From: Macrostomum lignano
Taxonomy: Eukaryota
Assembly (NCBI GenBank): GCA_002269645.1
Contig: NIVC01000016.1
Coordinates: 310,001-374,000 of the forward strand
DNA: 64,000 bases
Direction of reading: 5' to 3'
The position numbers were made by a program, and so were the translations under genes. The notes beneath the pieces were generated by a model that ran no database searches, was not told the DNA's origin, and was given only the letters and a program-made list of their open reading frames with translations. Position 1 is the first letter of the stretch. Every line of letters begins with the position of its first letter. Positions 52,200-64,000 of the stretch are shown here, in pieces.

Positions 52200-53412
52200 T
52201 CGTTGCGACTACTAGCCGTACATTCTGCCAGAAGCTCCATCCTCAGCATCCTGCACGCTGGACACCCGGGTATCGTCAAGATGGACCTTAAAGCCAAAGA
52301 CTACTTCTACTGGCCATGCAGGAACGCGCAACTGCATCGAGCGGACTGTTAGCCAGTGCGAGGCCTGTCAGCGGAACATGAAGGCGCAGTCGGAGACTCT
52401 GATGACCATTGATATGCCTGAGTTCCCGTTTCAAGTTTGCTCTACCGACCTGTTCGAGTACCGCGGTGCAACCTATCTGGTGTACGTGGACGCCTACAGC
52501 CACTGGATGAGCGTCACCCGACTGCGCTCGACGACCAGCAACGCCGTGGTGCAGGTGCTCCAAGACCATTTCCAGAACTTTGGTGTGCCTGAGAAGCTCA
52601 TCAGTGATAACGGTCCGCAGTTCTCGGCCGGGGAATTCCGCCAGTTCATCAAAAGATTTCAAGTGGAGCACCGCATGTCGAGTCCAACCTACCCGCAGTC
52701 GAACGGCAGAGCAGAGCGATATGTGCAGACATCCAAGAATATGATGAAGAAGTGTCAGGAGACTGGTCAGAGCCTGGCCATGGCCCTTCTGCACTATCGC
52801 AACACGCCAGTCGGTAGCGGCTTTCCAAGTCCCGCAGAAATGGCGTTCGGCCGCAAACTCCGGTGCGATTTGCCTACAGCGGTGCAGGATCTGCGGCCTC
52901 GGGAGACCCCCGTGCACGCCAGCATTGAAGCCTTTGAGAAGCAACGGACCCAAGCAGCTCAACTCTACAATCGCGGTGTCCGCGCACTGCAACGCTTGAA
53001 GGTCGGCGAACCGGTCTGGCTTTAATGCGGTCGCCGAGATTGGGCGGCTGCCGAGGTAGACAACGAAGTTGACGGCAGCCCAAGGTCCTACTGGCTTCGC
53101 ACCGAGTCGGGACAGCTACTCCGGCGTAATCGGCGGTTCATGCGGCCTCGTCAGATTGGCGTTCCGTTCTATGAGAGCTACCCGGAGGCCGGCGAGGATG
53201 GCGAGATGGAAGCGAATGTGCAGCCGGCACCTGTGCAGCCGGCACCTGAGCAGAGGGCACCTGTGCAGCCGGCACCTGTGCAGCCGGCACCTGTGCAGCC
53301 GGCACCTGTGCAGCCTGACCAGTCGGAGTGCTCCGGTTCGGAACAGCCTGGATTCCGAACCAGGCGAGGTCGACTCGTACAACAGCCAAAGCGGTACCAG
53401 GCCTCGTGGTGA
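52200..53412 (+). pseudogene. Gypsy (Mag/K02A2.6-like) integrase relic
   Basis: LHAGHPGIVKM..YFYWP / CEACQ (frameshift); TDLFEY..VDAYS..SDNGPQF..PQSNGRAER; premature TAA at 53023-53025; tail RSYWLRTESGQLLRRNRR..RTRRGRLVQQPKRY. Confidence 0.88.
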
Positions 53413-53849
53413 ACCAACCCAGTGAACTGATAATTGATTGCGATTGACTGATTGACTGTAATGGCGTATTGGCCGTTACACTATAATTGCGAGAAACTTT
53501 ATTGTTGGTATAATCCTTGTTTTATTCCTGCTTTGTGACAAATATTTATTCATAAATGTTATCTCGAGCGACTTTGCAATGCAAGAACAAATATTTTATT
53601 TTAATGTTCCGTTACTTTTACTCTTCGAACTCGTAGGATTATCGTTAACTAATGTTGGGAGGTTTTGTGTGTGGCTTGTGTGCACTAATATTTACTCTCG
53701 CAATTTCGTGTACATCTATGTACGCTGACCCCCACCCCTTCTATCTACAGTGAAGTTCTCAACAATATATATCGGTGTTTACCCAGTGTCTGGGTCTAAG
53801 ATTTTTCTCGCTCGCTCGCAAACATGACTTGGCATTTATCATAACATGC

Positions 53850-56800
53850 ACCACTCCGGTGGAAGCGCCTGTAGGACCTGTACATGTTGGTAGGCCTGCT
53901 AGGAATCGTAGGCAGCCTGATAGGCTAATCGTTAATCATAGGGCCAAAACGTATGTTAGCAGAATCGCCCGCATCCGTGCACAGAATAAAACGCATTACA
54001 GCTTAGCGATGTCTCGCCTTCCTAACAAGCGCACTGAGCGCTCGCCGCCGACAGAGGACGAAAACCGATCGGCCAATCGTCGGGTTCGATACGTGGCCAC
54101 CTCTGTCCCAAACCTGCCGGCCCAAGCGATCGGCGCCGCGGCTGGGCAATATGAACCATTCGGAGGTTCTCCGGATGCGCCTCGGGTGCCGGTCCGCCTA
54201 AGACTAGGGTATCACCCGACCGCACGGCCGACGTTGCCGCCGCCAGGACATCGCTCTCCGCCGCCCGAGCGTCGACCGCTGATGGAAATTCTGCGTCTTG
54301 ACTTAGCTGCAGGGTGGTCCGTAGACACAGTGGGGAGGCGAGGGTCGCCCATTCCGCTAGCCCCTGAAGGCCCGCAGACAGGCAGAGGCGTGGGGCCGGT
54401 CAGGGTGGTCCGCCGGTCCGTCCTGCAGCGTGATCTTCCGTTGGGAAGAAACTGGCTCGTCTAGTCGCCCGAAGGAACTGGATGAGCCGTGGGATGCTGT
54501 CGGGCTGGCAGACCTCGTCAATGGACGGGTTCGGCCCGAGGTAGCGTAGCCGGTCTCTGTTAAAGAAAGGGCAGTGACAAACAAAGTGCTGAGCATCTTC
54601 ATTGTCGTACTCACAAAAGGGGCAAAGTTCGCTCTCGAGGTCACCTCGGAGGAAGCAGTGCCTGGCGAGGTAGCCATGGCCAGTAAGGGTCATGACAAGG
54701 GCTCGAATATCCTTCCGATTCTGGTTCAGAAGGATGTTTCTGAGCCTGCGAGACGGGCAAGGAACCGCGGCACGAGATTGCCGGCAGTTTTGAGTGCCCG
54801 CCCATCTGTCCCTGTGGAGGGAGTCAGCCCAGTCGTCGATCTGACGATTGATGACTGTCAAGGGCATAGGGACCAGGGTGGCAGGGCCGAAGAAAGAGCC
54901 AGAGCCGCCCCTCTTGGCGAGGGTGTCTGCCAGCTCGTTCCCCGGAAAGCCTGCGTGCCCCGGGATCCACTTCAGCCTGACAGTATTGCTACTGGCCAGG
55001 AGGTTGAGCTGCCGGGCGCAGTCGGCGACTGTCCGGGAGTTCGTTGTGGTGTGGCAAAGGGCCTGTAAGGCCGCTTGGCTGTCGGAGTGGATGACAATAG
55101 TGTTTCCTCTCGTACCCTTGGCATTCAGCTCTGCAGCGCAAGAGCTGATGGCAAGGACTTCGTTCTGGAAGACAGTGGAGAGTCTACCAGTGTGCTGGGC
55201 ATGCGTGGCAATTACGCGGCCGTCGATGATGATGCAGACCCCAAAGCCGGCGCGACCGTCTTTGATGGATCCGTCCGTGTAGCAATGGATCTCCTGGAAT
55301 TTCCAGTGGTCATTTGCAGCATCCCTAGAGGGGATGGTGACCTTGTAGCGCTGAAAGAGGTTGAGAGTGCGGGGTTCGCCGTCAGATAGGACGTGGAGCC
55401 CGCCGCTGTCTCTCAAGTCCTTGAGGCATAGGTCGGCGTGGGGCAAAAGCTTGCGCTTCGCCATGGCCCTATTGGGGCTGGATTCGAATGCCAGCGTCAG
55501 CTAGACGGCGGGCAGTCTTAGCCGCTTCCCTGCGGACAAAGATGTCCAGCGGAGGAATGTTGAGGAAGGCGTTGAGGCCATCGTAAGGAGCAGACGGAGG
55601 GGCGCTCATGATCATGCGACATGCGCGCCCTTGCGCTCTCCCGAGAGCCTCTAGACAGGTCTTTACCTGCAGGGCGCTAGCCCAGATCAGGCCGCCATAC
55701 GAGATAGCGGGCCTAACCATTGCAGTGTAGATCCACCAGAAGCGCTTGGGGGTAAGTCCCTAGGTGGTGCCGACAGCCCTGCGCAGTTGCGCAAGGACTG
55801 CAAGGGCCCTCTTGGCTTTCGCTTGAATGTAGGGCGACCAGTTTAGCCTGTGGTCCAGGGTAATACCTAGACATTTAGTCTGCTTGCAGAAGGGGATTTC
55901 CCTTCCGTAAAGCGTGAGCGGCCGAATCTGCCACTTGGTCCTGCTGGTGAACATGATCGCTGCGGTCTTAGTCTCAGAGAGCCTTAAACCACAGCGGTCC
56001 GCCCATTGCTCAGCGGCGTAGATGAGGTTCTGAAGAAGGTCCCTGAGGGTCTCAGGGGACGGACCAGATGCCACCGCGGTGACATCGTCCGCATATCCAA
56101 CTTTCAGAATGGGGTCAGGCCGAACATCCCGGAGGAGCTCATCGATGACCATATTCCAGAGAACTGGAGACAGCACCCCACCTTGCGGGCTACCTTTGCA
56201 GACGGGGACCGTCCTCTGGTAGCCCAGCAGACTGGCGGTGGCCGTGCGATGGCTGATCATGTACATGATCCATCTGGTGAGATGTGAGTGCGTTTGCCTC
56301 TCACGAAGAGCTCTTCGGAACGCCTCAAAGAGGACGTTATCGAAGGCGCCAATGATGTCCAGGAAGATCCCCAGAGCAAAGCCATTACCAAGCACGGCCT
56401 TCTCGAGTTTATCGACCAGGACATGCAGCGCGCTTTCAGTGGAGCGACCCGCCCGAAAAGCGTGCTGGTTCTCGCTGAGAGGTTTGTTCTTCAGCTCAAC
56501 AGAGTCAAGATGGAAATTCTGCGTCAGGAGCCGAGATGGGGCCAGAGGCACAACCGCCCCCCCCGGTGCCCCCCGCGGGGATCGAGTCAACCCCACGGGC
56601 GAGGGAGACTCCGCCTCACTTCGACTCCTGCGCACCGCTCCGACGCCGAGCTCCGCTGCCGGCATGATGCCTCCTAGCGAAGCGATCGGGCTGACTCTGG
56701 CCCAAGTCCGCTGGCAATTGGCTGCGCAGGGTGCCACTGCGACTCACGCTCCGCAAGCATCAGCTCCTAGTCCTCCAGCTCCGAATGCCATGGTCGTCGA

Positions 56801-58210
56801 CCCGACTCCACCGGTGCCGGGACCAAGGGCGCCGACGCAAAAGGCCGAAGCTATGACTCCACCCTGGCCTGGCCAGACTAACGTCTGGAACCGGCCTTCC
56901 CGCCTAACAGCAGCAGCACGCCACTGTCCCGGAGGACGCCCGGCCGGAGAGGCAGGATGCAGCGGCTCAGACCTCCGACCATGAGTTTACCGAGGACAGC
57001 TTTCCCACCTACTCGTGGAGCCAGCTCGCTGATGAACTGAGAGCTGCTTGTCCAGCGGCGCTTCCCAACTCGCCGCAGCCAGCTTTCACGGAGGACGCCG
57101 CCATCCAGTTTGTCAGCACGGGAGCATCCGGGCTGGATGTCGCCGGTATAGTCGGCTCAGGAGCATCCGGCCTGGACGTCGCAGGTACAGGAGCATCCGG
57201 CCTGGACGTCGCCGGTGTAGCCGGCACTGGAAGGTTCGGCCAGAACGTCGCCGGTCTAGTCGGCTCAGGAGCATCCGGCCTGGACGTCTCCGGTGTAGCC
57301 GGCTTGGGAGCGGACGGCCGGGGCATCATCGGCCTGACTGGCGGCCAGGCGCTGATTGACCAAGGGGCCACTTATGTCGCCGGCCTACTGGTCATGGCGG
57401 CCCAAGCCGGGGAGTGGCCCGACTTCGTGAAATGGCCGCACTGGGACCGGCTGCGTAGCCTAGCGGATGGTGAACGCCAGGTCCTGATGAACAGTGCAGC
57501 CCGGCTCGCTCGTAGCGAGCTGGCACAGCCACGGCACCCGGAAGTTCTGCACGCGGTCACCGGTCTCATCATCCGCGCCATCGCAGGCCGCGCACCGGTG
57601 ATGCCGGACATTATTGCTAGGTCCTGTGGAAATCAGAAAAAACAATCAACAGCAACTCGCATGACAATTGAATTCAGGACATTGCCCAGGGTGCTCCCAC
57701 CTCCCGAGCCTTCGGCTCAGCCGGGCACCGGCATGTCAAAGGGCCCCTTTTGCTCACTTGCATTTGTTCTCGGTGCTGTATTTAGGCGCCTGTTTTCTGC
57801 GGGCTGGCGCCCCCGCTTCTATTTAGGGCTTCATTACGGCCTTCGCTCAGCTGAAATTGCCATAAAAACGGTTGCGGCGGATTACGTTGCTCCCTTTTGC
57901 GCCGTTTGTGAGCGCCCCTTTCTCTTGCTCCACACTTACTTAGGCCTCTGCTCATTGTTCAACGGCAATCCACCATGTTTAGGCGCTACTTTCTCAGGGC
58001 TGGCGCCCCCTCCCATGTTCTAATACTCAAGGGCTGCAAGGGCCTTGGCCAAGCCATTGCGTCATTGTGACAATACCATATTTTTGCCAAAGACCCATCT
58101 CTTTCCTTTATCAAATTAAATTTTACTATTTAGCTATTTTATTAAATAAAGCGCGCTTCGCTTTCACTCCGCCTCTTCATTTGAACGGGGAGAGTGTAGT
58201 CGCACCTTTA
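53850..58210 (+). mobile_element. 3' portion of a second, degenerate Gypsy element (IN tail, ORF3 homologue, PPT, start of LTR)
   Basis: IN-tail-like RPARNRRQPDRL (about 53895); ORF3-like sequence from ATG 54009 to about 57620, split by a LINE and frameshifted; PPT GAACGGGGAGAG (58183-58194) followed by TGTAGT. Confidence 0.6.
54298..56508 (-). mobile_element. 5'-truncated non-LTR retrotransposon with RT + RNase H + C-terminal CCHC (LOA/Lian-like), pseudogenised
   Basis: 17-bp TSD GATGGAAATTCTGCGTC at 54281-54297 and 56509-56525; RT motifs QHAFRAGRST, FLDIIGAFD, GSPQGGVLSP, YADD; RNase H YTDGS..E..SDSQAAL..WIPGHAG..NELAD; W to TAG at 55762-55760 and a frameshift near 55466. Confidence 0.93.
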
Positions 58211-58212
58211 CC

Positions 58213-60372
58213 CGGGTCGACCAAGAAATGCTGGAGTTCATGGAGGAAACCATTAACACGAACCCGAGTATGACTTTAGCCAAGTTGAAAACTGGATTGC
58301 ACGCTCGTTATCCTGACAAGCATGATGTCTCCATCGCAACAATAGGTCGACACTTCGATGGGCTGTTGTACACAACGAAGCTCGTGAGAGAGTTGCCAGT
58401 AGAGAGAAATTCGCCGGCGAATCTGGAACAGCGTCGTGCCTACTGTGAGTGGTGGTGCAGTCCGGCTGTAGGCAACAGCCCAAAGGTCTATGTGGACGAG
58501 TTCGGCTTCAATTGTTGGACACGACGCACGCAAGGACGCGCTCCTCAAGGCCAGAGGGCATACAGACTCGTCGCAGGTTCAAAGGGTCCTCGTTTGTCGG
58601 TTTGCTGCGCTATATCTCCAGGGGTTGGAGTAATGCACTTTCAAACTTACCCGACTGGCATGACGAAAGAGCGTTTTGGTGAATTTCTCAACATCAGGCC
58701 AGCAACATCCAAGCTGCGTTCAATGTGCCAGCATACATTATTTACGACAATGTGAGCAGTCACAACGATGGTGAAGACCAAGAAGTCGCCGGAGTTGTCC
58801 AAATGTTGTGGCCTGCGCCACAATGACCTTCTCCTCAACCTTTTTTTTTGGTGCATGCGAACCGCCCAGTCTGCCGCCCTAGCTGGTTTGAGTTGGTTCA
58901 GCCGGCTTTGGTTTTAGGCAGCCGGCGTGTGCTCAGATTGGCTGGCTGGGCCGGCAGACCCTCGCTTTTCTACCCCCCCCCCCCGTTCGTAAAGCCTTAC
59001 CCAGCGCGTGTTTTGATTGGCTGGGCTGGGGTTGGGTGCTCGCGGGGTTCTGTTTTGTGTGTACTTGCGCTCAGGCCGGTTTGGCCCACTCCCCCATTTT
59101 TGGCATACTATTTATTAGCTGGCTTGGAACCGGCCGGTGGCACGCTGCTTGGATTTTGTGGTTAGAGCTACACCAGCGACTGAGTAGGAAAACTAATATA
59201 AAAGTACAAAACTGCATGAGCCCAGTGAATTCTCGAACAGTGCGTCACCAGCCAATCCGTGCCACCCGCCGTCCTCGAGCTGCCAGTACAGTTATCACGG
59301 CTAAATAGACTGCGCTATATGAGTCGGTTCGACCCCGCCCGGTGAGCTAAAATTACGTTGTTCGGGTTGCGTTCGCGTTTTTTGGGACTCTCTGCACGTG
59401 TCTCCCCTCCATCCTCGCCGCCTCATCGCTTCACTTACTCACCTCCTTGCTCACCTGCACTCTTCGATTGGCTTGGAGTGTCTGTACGCCCCAGCTAATC
59501 CATCACCTCGTATCTCTTAATTGGTCTCTTGAGTGTCTGTTCGCCCCGACCAATCCCTCGTCTCGCATCCCTTGATTGGTCCGGAGTGTCTGTACGCCCC
59601 AGCCAATCCTTCACATTCACCTCGCTTTCTCATTCACCTCGGTGACTCCCGGGCCGGCTCTGAGTGGCTATCCGCTCCGCCGACCGCGGCAGTACCCCGA
59701 GCCTTCCGTGACCGAGGAGTGTCTGTGCGCCCCCGAGTCGCATCTCTCCCTCTTTCCCTCGGAGTGGCCATCCGCCTCGAGGAGCGCCGGTCGTTCGCCT
59801 TCTGTCCATCCCTCCGCCGCGCACCCGGGGCAGTCCCACACCGAACCCGCTACCCGGGGAAAACAAACGACCGGGCTAGACGAGATCGCAGCCCGCGAGT
59901 ACAACACAAATACAACGCCTGTCACCTTACAGTCCGTTCTTGACGCCAGTCGAGAATGCAATTTCTACCTGGAAAGCTGCCATCAAGGCCGAGCTCACGA
60001 GAAACATGGACGCTTTCCTGAATCCGGACCAGGCGACATTGGCTGGACGAAGCAAGGCTACCTACCGGCGTGACCTTCTGGAGGCTGTCACAAATAACAC
60101 GGTGAACTTTGTGACGCCTGACAACTGCCACGCGTGGTACAATTACTGCTTGACCTACGTGCCGCGATGTATTGCGGGTGTGCCAATTAACGGCTGCTTA
60201 AATCATGCTACAGCTTATGACTATCCAATCATTTTGTGCTCACTTTACGCTCGTAATGTCATTCATGTTCTTTTGATTATTTCGATTGCCTGTTTTGTTT
60301 CTTTGAATTGCTTGTGTACTTCTCACGTACGTATGAGCTGTAAAAGAAAGTCAATACATTGAATATTCACTG
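58213..60372 (+). mobile_element. IS630/Tc1-mariner superfamily transposon (5'-truncated, disrupted)
   Basis: HTH region, then VYVDEFGFN, YDNVSSH and (after the solo LTR) PYSPFLTPVE; right end ...TTCACTG followed by TA (60373-60374); frameshift near 58690-58730. Confidence 0.85.
58804..59906. mobile_element. Solo LTR (1103 bp) inserted in the transposase
   Basis: Termini TGTTGT...ACAACA; 4-bp TSD CAAA (58800-58803 and 59907-59910); removing it restores the transposase frame (VVQ-I-QRLSPYSP). Confidence 0.9.
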
Positions 60373-60895
60373 TAACAGGTTTGGAGTGTCCCAAAAGAAT
60401 GACAGAATTCAGGAAAGAAAATTATTTTGTCTATAATTACTTGTCTTAATCGATTGAAAAGTGTCGGAATTGAATTTGCGGAATGGAAATATCAACGAGA
60501 AAAACAATAATGCGCAGGCTCTTTTTACCCCACTTGGAGGAATTGGTTGGCAATTGTTAGAACTGATTGACTGTTTGTCGAAAGTGTATGCAAAGATTTG
60601 ATTTTGAATCGCAGTTTGTAGCAACTGGTTGAAAACGGATGCCTCACTTGACGGAATTGGTTTGAAGTTGTTGGAAATTATTGAATTTTTGTTGGAACTG
60701 TATGCGAATTTTCAAATTTGTATCACTGTTAGTCGAAACTGGTTCAAAATCTAAGCTGTCACAACCAAAAAGTGTTGGAATCGGAAGCCAGAAAATTAAA
60801 ATCGGTTGCAGATAGTTCAAAACTGAAAGTGAAAAGGTGTAACGCATTTCAGGTGCGTGCTACCATTGCTACTAAAAACTTTCCGCCTTCTAAGA

Positions 60896-62438
60896 TCCAT
60901 CCTCCTATATACTAAAAATGGTCTGTCTGTGTCTATCTATCTATGTGATCGATTAGAGAAAAAATGGCTGGACCGATTTTGTTCGAACTTGCACTGTTCG
61001 ATCAGAAATTTTCCCGTGACTGTACATGCATCGTGGCTAAGAAATTGCTCGATGCTAAAGGCATTAAATATTCGAAAAACATGCTTTTTCGCAAAGGTCA
61101 AGCAAACTTTTCGACTTGAAATGCATTGTAAGAATGCTAGAGAAAAAACTGACTGGTTGAATTCTGATTCTGAAATAGATTGCATCATAACTGAATTGTA
61201 ACTCCGACTTGAATTGAAAATGCAGTGTGGAAGCGTAGCACCAGACTTGATTTAAATTGCGTAACCATATTGTTAACTGATACTGACTGACTGAGAAACT
61301 GATTATGTCATAACTGCTTCGTGTGATTTACTCTATGCTTGGATTTTAAAGTGTTGAATTATATAAGTGCAAAATTTGATGTTATCAAAACGATAAGAGC
61401 TAGCCTAGAGGTAAACAGACTGAACTACTAAATGCAGAAACGATGGTTCGAATTTTCATAGAGTATAATTTTTTTTAATTAAAGCTTTTCAACGTCAGGA
61501 AAACTAAAAGACTTTTTAAAAAGAATCGTCATGTAAAAATCGTAGAAGCGTCATGTAAAAAATCATAGAAGCGTCATGTAAAAAATCATAGAAGCGTCAT
61601 GTAAACAATCATAGAAGTGTCATTTAAAAAAATCATAGAAGCGTCATGTAAACAATCATAGAAGCGTCATGTAAAAATCATAGAAGCGTCATGAAAAAAT
61701 CATAGAAGCCTCATTTAAAAAGTAATGAAAGTGTCATTTAAAATATTAAGAAGCATCATGGTAGAATAAAAGAAGCGTCATGTCAGACATGAAGGGTGTC
61801 ATGTAAAAATTAAATGAAGCTATAATGCTGTGCTGGGGAGAATTACTGAGACGTCAAGGCTCTCAGAGAATAACTGAGATTACGGGGGGGGTTTCTGAGA
61901 TGTCAAAGCAAAAGTCAGAGGCTACTTCAAAGTTCATGTACTTTACTCAATTTTTTATTGCATTCTTTGTTGGCTCGCCACGGGGGGGGGGGGCGCTGAT
62001 AAAAAAAGCGTAATGTAAAAAATAAAAGAAGCTTCATGTCGAACTTAAGAGATTCATTTGGGAATCCCTAAGATGTCGAGGCTTGCAGGGAATCGCTATA
62101 ATGCTGTAGTAGTGCTATAATGACTCTCAGAGAGAATTACTGAAATTTCAATGCTTTAGGGTTAGGTTAGGGTTAGGGTTAGGGTAGGGTTAGGGTTAGG
62201 CTAGGGTTAGGGTTAGAAGGTTGACAGATATTTTTAGATTTCCAAGGCTTATTGGGGGCATTGCTGAGATGTCAAGGGGGGAAGTTGATGTGTTAAAGCT
62301 TGTGGGGGGGAATTATTGACATGTCAAGGCTTACAAGGTTTGACAGGAGATTTTTTAAGATTTCAAGGATATATGTAGCTTATTAAAAAACGTGTATTGC
62401 ATTTCTTTGGCGCCCCAACGGGGGGCGTAGATTGCTAG
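60896..62438 (+). mobile_element. Non-autonomous Helitron, copy 1
   Basis: 5' A|TC..TATATACTAAAAATG with a GTCT microsatellite and GGCTGGACCGATTTT; 3' hairpin CGCCCCAACGGGGGGCG then CTAG|T at 62435-62439; internal 23-24-bp repeats and a TTAGGG tract. Confidence 0.82.
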
Positions 62439-63219
62439 TCCAATATACTAAAAATGAAAATCTTGCTTGCTTGTAATCGATTAGAGAAAAAATGGCTTAA
62501 CCGATTTTCATGAGACTTGCACTGTTCGATCAGAAATTTTCCCGTGACTGTACATGCATCGTGGCTAAGAAATTGCTCGATGCTAAAGGCATTAAATATT
62601 CGAAAAACATGCTTTTTCGCAAAGGTCAAGCAAACTTTTCGACTTGAAATGCATTGTAAGAATGCTAGAGAAAAAACTGACTGGTTGAATTCTGATTCTG
62701 AAATAGATTGCATCATAACTGAATTGTAACTCCGACTTGAATTGAAAATGCAGTGTGGAAGCGTAGCACCAGACTTGATTTAAATTGCGTAACCATATTG
62801 TTAACTGATACTGACTGACTGAGAAACTGATTATGTCATAACTGCTTCGTGTGATTTACTCTATGCTTGGATTTTAAAGTGTTGAATTATATAAGTGCAA
62901 AATTTGATGTTATCAAAACGATAAGAGCTAGCCTAGAGGTAAACAGACTGAACTACTAAATGCAGAAACGATGGTTCGAATTTTCATAGAGTATAATTTT
63001 TTTTAATTAAAGCTTTTCAACGTCAGGAAAACTAAAAGACTTTTTAAAAAGAATCGTCATGTAAAAATCGTAGAAGCGTCATGTAAAAAATCATAGAAGC
63101 GTCATGTAAACAATCAGAGAAGTGTCATTTAAAAAATCATAGAAGCGTCATGTAAACAATCATAGAAGCGTCATGTAAAGAATCGTAGAAGCGTCATGTA
63201 AACAATCATAGAAGCGTCA
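62439..63219 (+). mobile_element. Non-autonomous Helitron, copy 2 (head-to-tail with copy 1, 3'-truncated)
   Basis: Starts TCCAATATACTAAAAATG immediately after CTAG; near-identical to about 60950-61690. Confidence 0.82.
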
Positions 63220-64000
63220 CTAGCAATCTACGCCCCCCGTTGGGGAGCCAAAGAAATGCAATACACGTTTTTTAATAAGCTACATATATCCTTGAAATCT
63301 TAAAAAATCTCCTGTCAAACCTTGTAAGCCTTGACATGTCAATAATTCCCCCCCCCCCACAAGCTTTAACACATCAACTTCCCCCCTTGACATCTCAGCA
63401 ATGCCCCCAATAAGCCTTGGAAATCAAAAATATCTGTCAACCTTCTAACCCTAACCCTAGCCTAACCCTAACCCTAACCCTAACCCTAACCCTAACCCTA
63501 ACCTAACCCTAAAGCATTGAAATTTCAGTAATAATTCTCTCTAAGAGTCATTATAGCACTACTACAGCATTATAGCGATTCCCTGCAAGCCTCGACATCG
63601 TAGGGATTCCCAAATGAATCTCTTAACTTCGACATGAAGCTTCTTTTATTTTTTACATTACGCTTTTTTTATCAGCGATCCCTCCCCTGAGGAGGCATCA
63701 AATAATGCAATAAAAAGTTTTCAATAAACTACATGTAGACTTTAGCCTTGAAATCTCATTTATACCCCCGTGAGCCTTGACATCTCAGCTATTCCCCCCG
63801 TAAGCCTTAACATGTCAGCGATAGCCCCCATAAACCTTGAAATCTAAAAAATCCCCTGTTATTCTGTTAACCTTGAAACCCGATAAAATCTAACCCTCAA
63901 CCCACACCTGACCTAAACCTAACTTTAACCCAACCTAAAGCCTTGAAATCTCAGCAATTCTTCTCCCCTAAGCCTTGACATTTTAGTGATTCCTTCTTTA
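63220..64000 (-). mobile_element. Non-autonomous Helitron, copy 3 (inverted, runs off the window)
   Basis: Reverse complement of the copy 1 3' end (CTAG at 63223-63220, hairpin, CCCTAA tract at 63446-63510). Confidence 0.8.

Noticed and set aside
60857-62729. Duplicated ORFs of 70-114 aa in the Helitron copies
   Set aside because: No Rep/helicase motifs; they recur only because the DNA is duplicated.
62155-63510. True telomere or chromosome fusion site
   Set aside because: The opposing TTAGGG/CCCTAA tracts are short and are explained by inverted Helitron copies.

Overview
Eukaryotic (metazoan) genomic DNA. The GC-rich exons, huge intronic minisatellites and TTAGGG tracts suggest a free-living flatworm such as Macrostomum; this is inference, not a database match. 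The left half holds two spliced host genes. One is a two-exon C2H2 zinc-finger gene (minus, 815-3578). The other is a 20-exon cytosolic carboxypeptidase (AGBL2/3, CCP2/3 clade; plus, 9611-29333) in which almost every downstream intron carries its own tandem array and one catalytic exon has an apparent 1-bp deletion. The right half is a nest of mobile elements that I resolved using TSDs. It contains a deleted BEL/Pao element and a spliced Crypton-type tyrosine-recombinase remnant split by a non-autonomous Polinton/Maverick (6-bp TSD TATAGC). That Polinton is in turn split by an intact, very young Gypsy element (4-bp TSD CAGT). Further right lie a Gypsy integrase relic, a second Gypsy 3' half interrupted by a 5'-truncated RNase H-bearing LINE (17-bp TSD), an IS630/Tc1 transposase split by a solo LTR (TSD CAAA), and three Helitron copies. 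The two most novel signals are both in the Gypsy lineage. First, the LTR ends in a polarised array of about 52-bp units, each an LTR end plus a tRNA primer-binding-site-like sequence. Second, an extra non-Env ORF3 has a C-terminal domain conserved between two otherwise divergent elements in this window.
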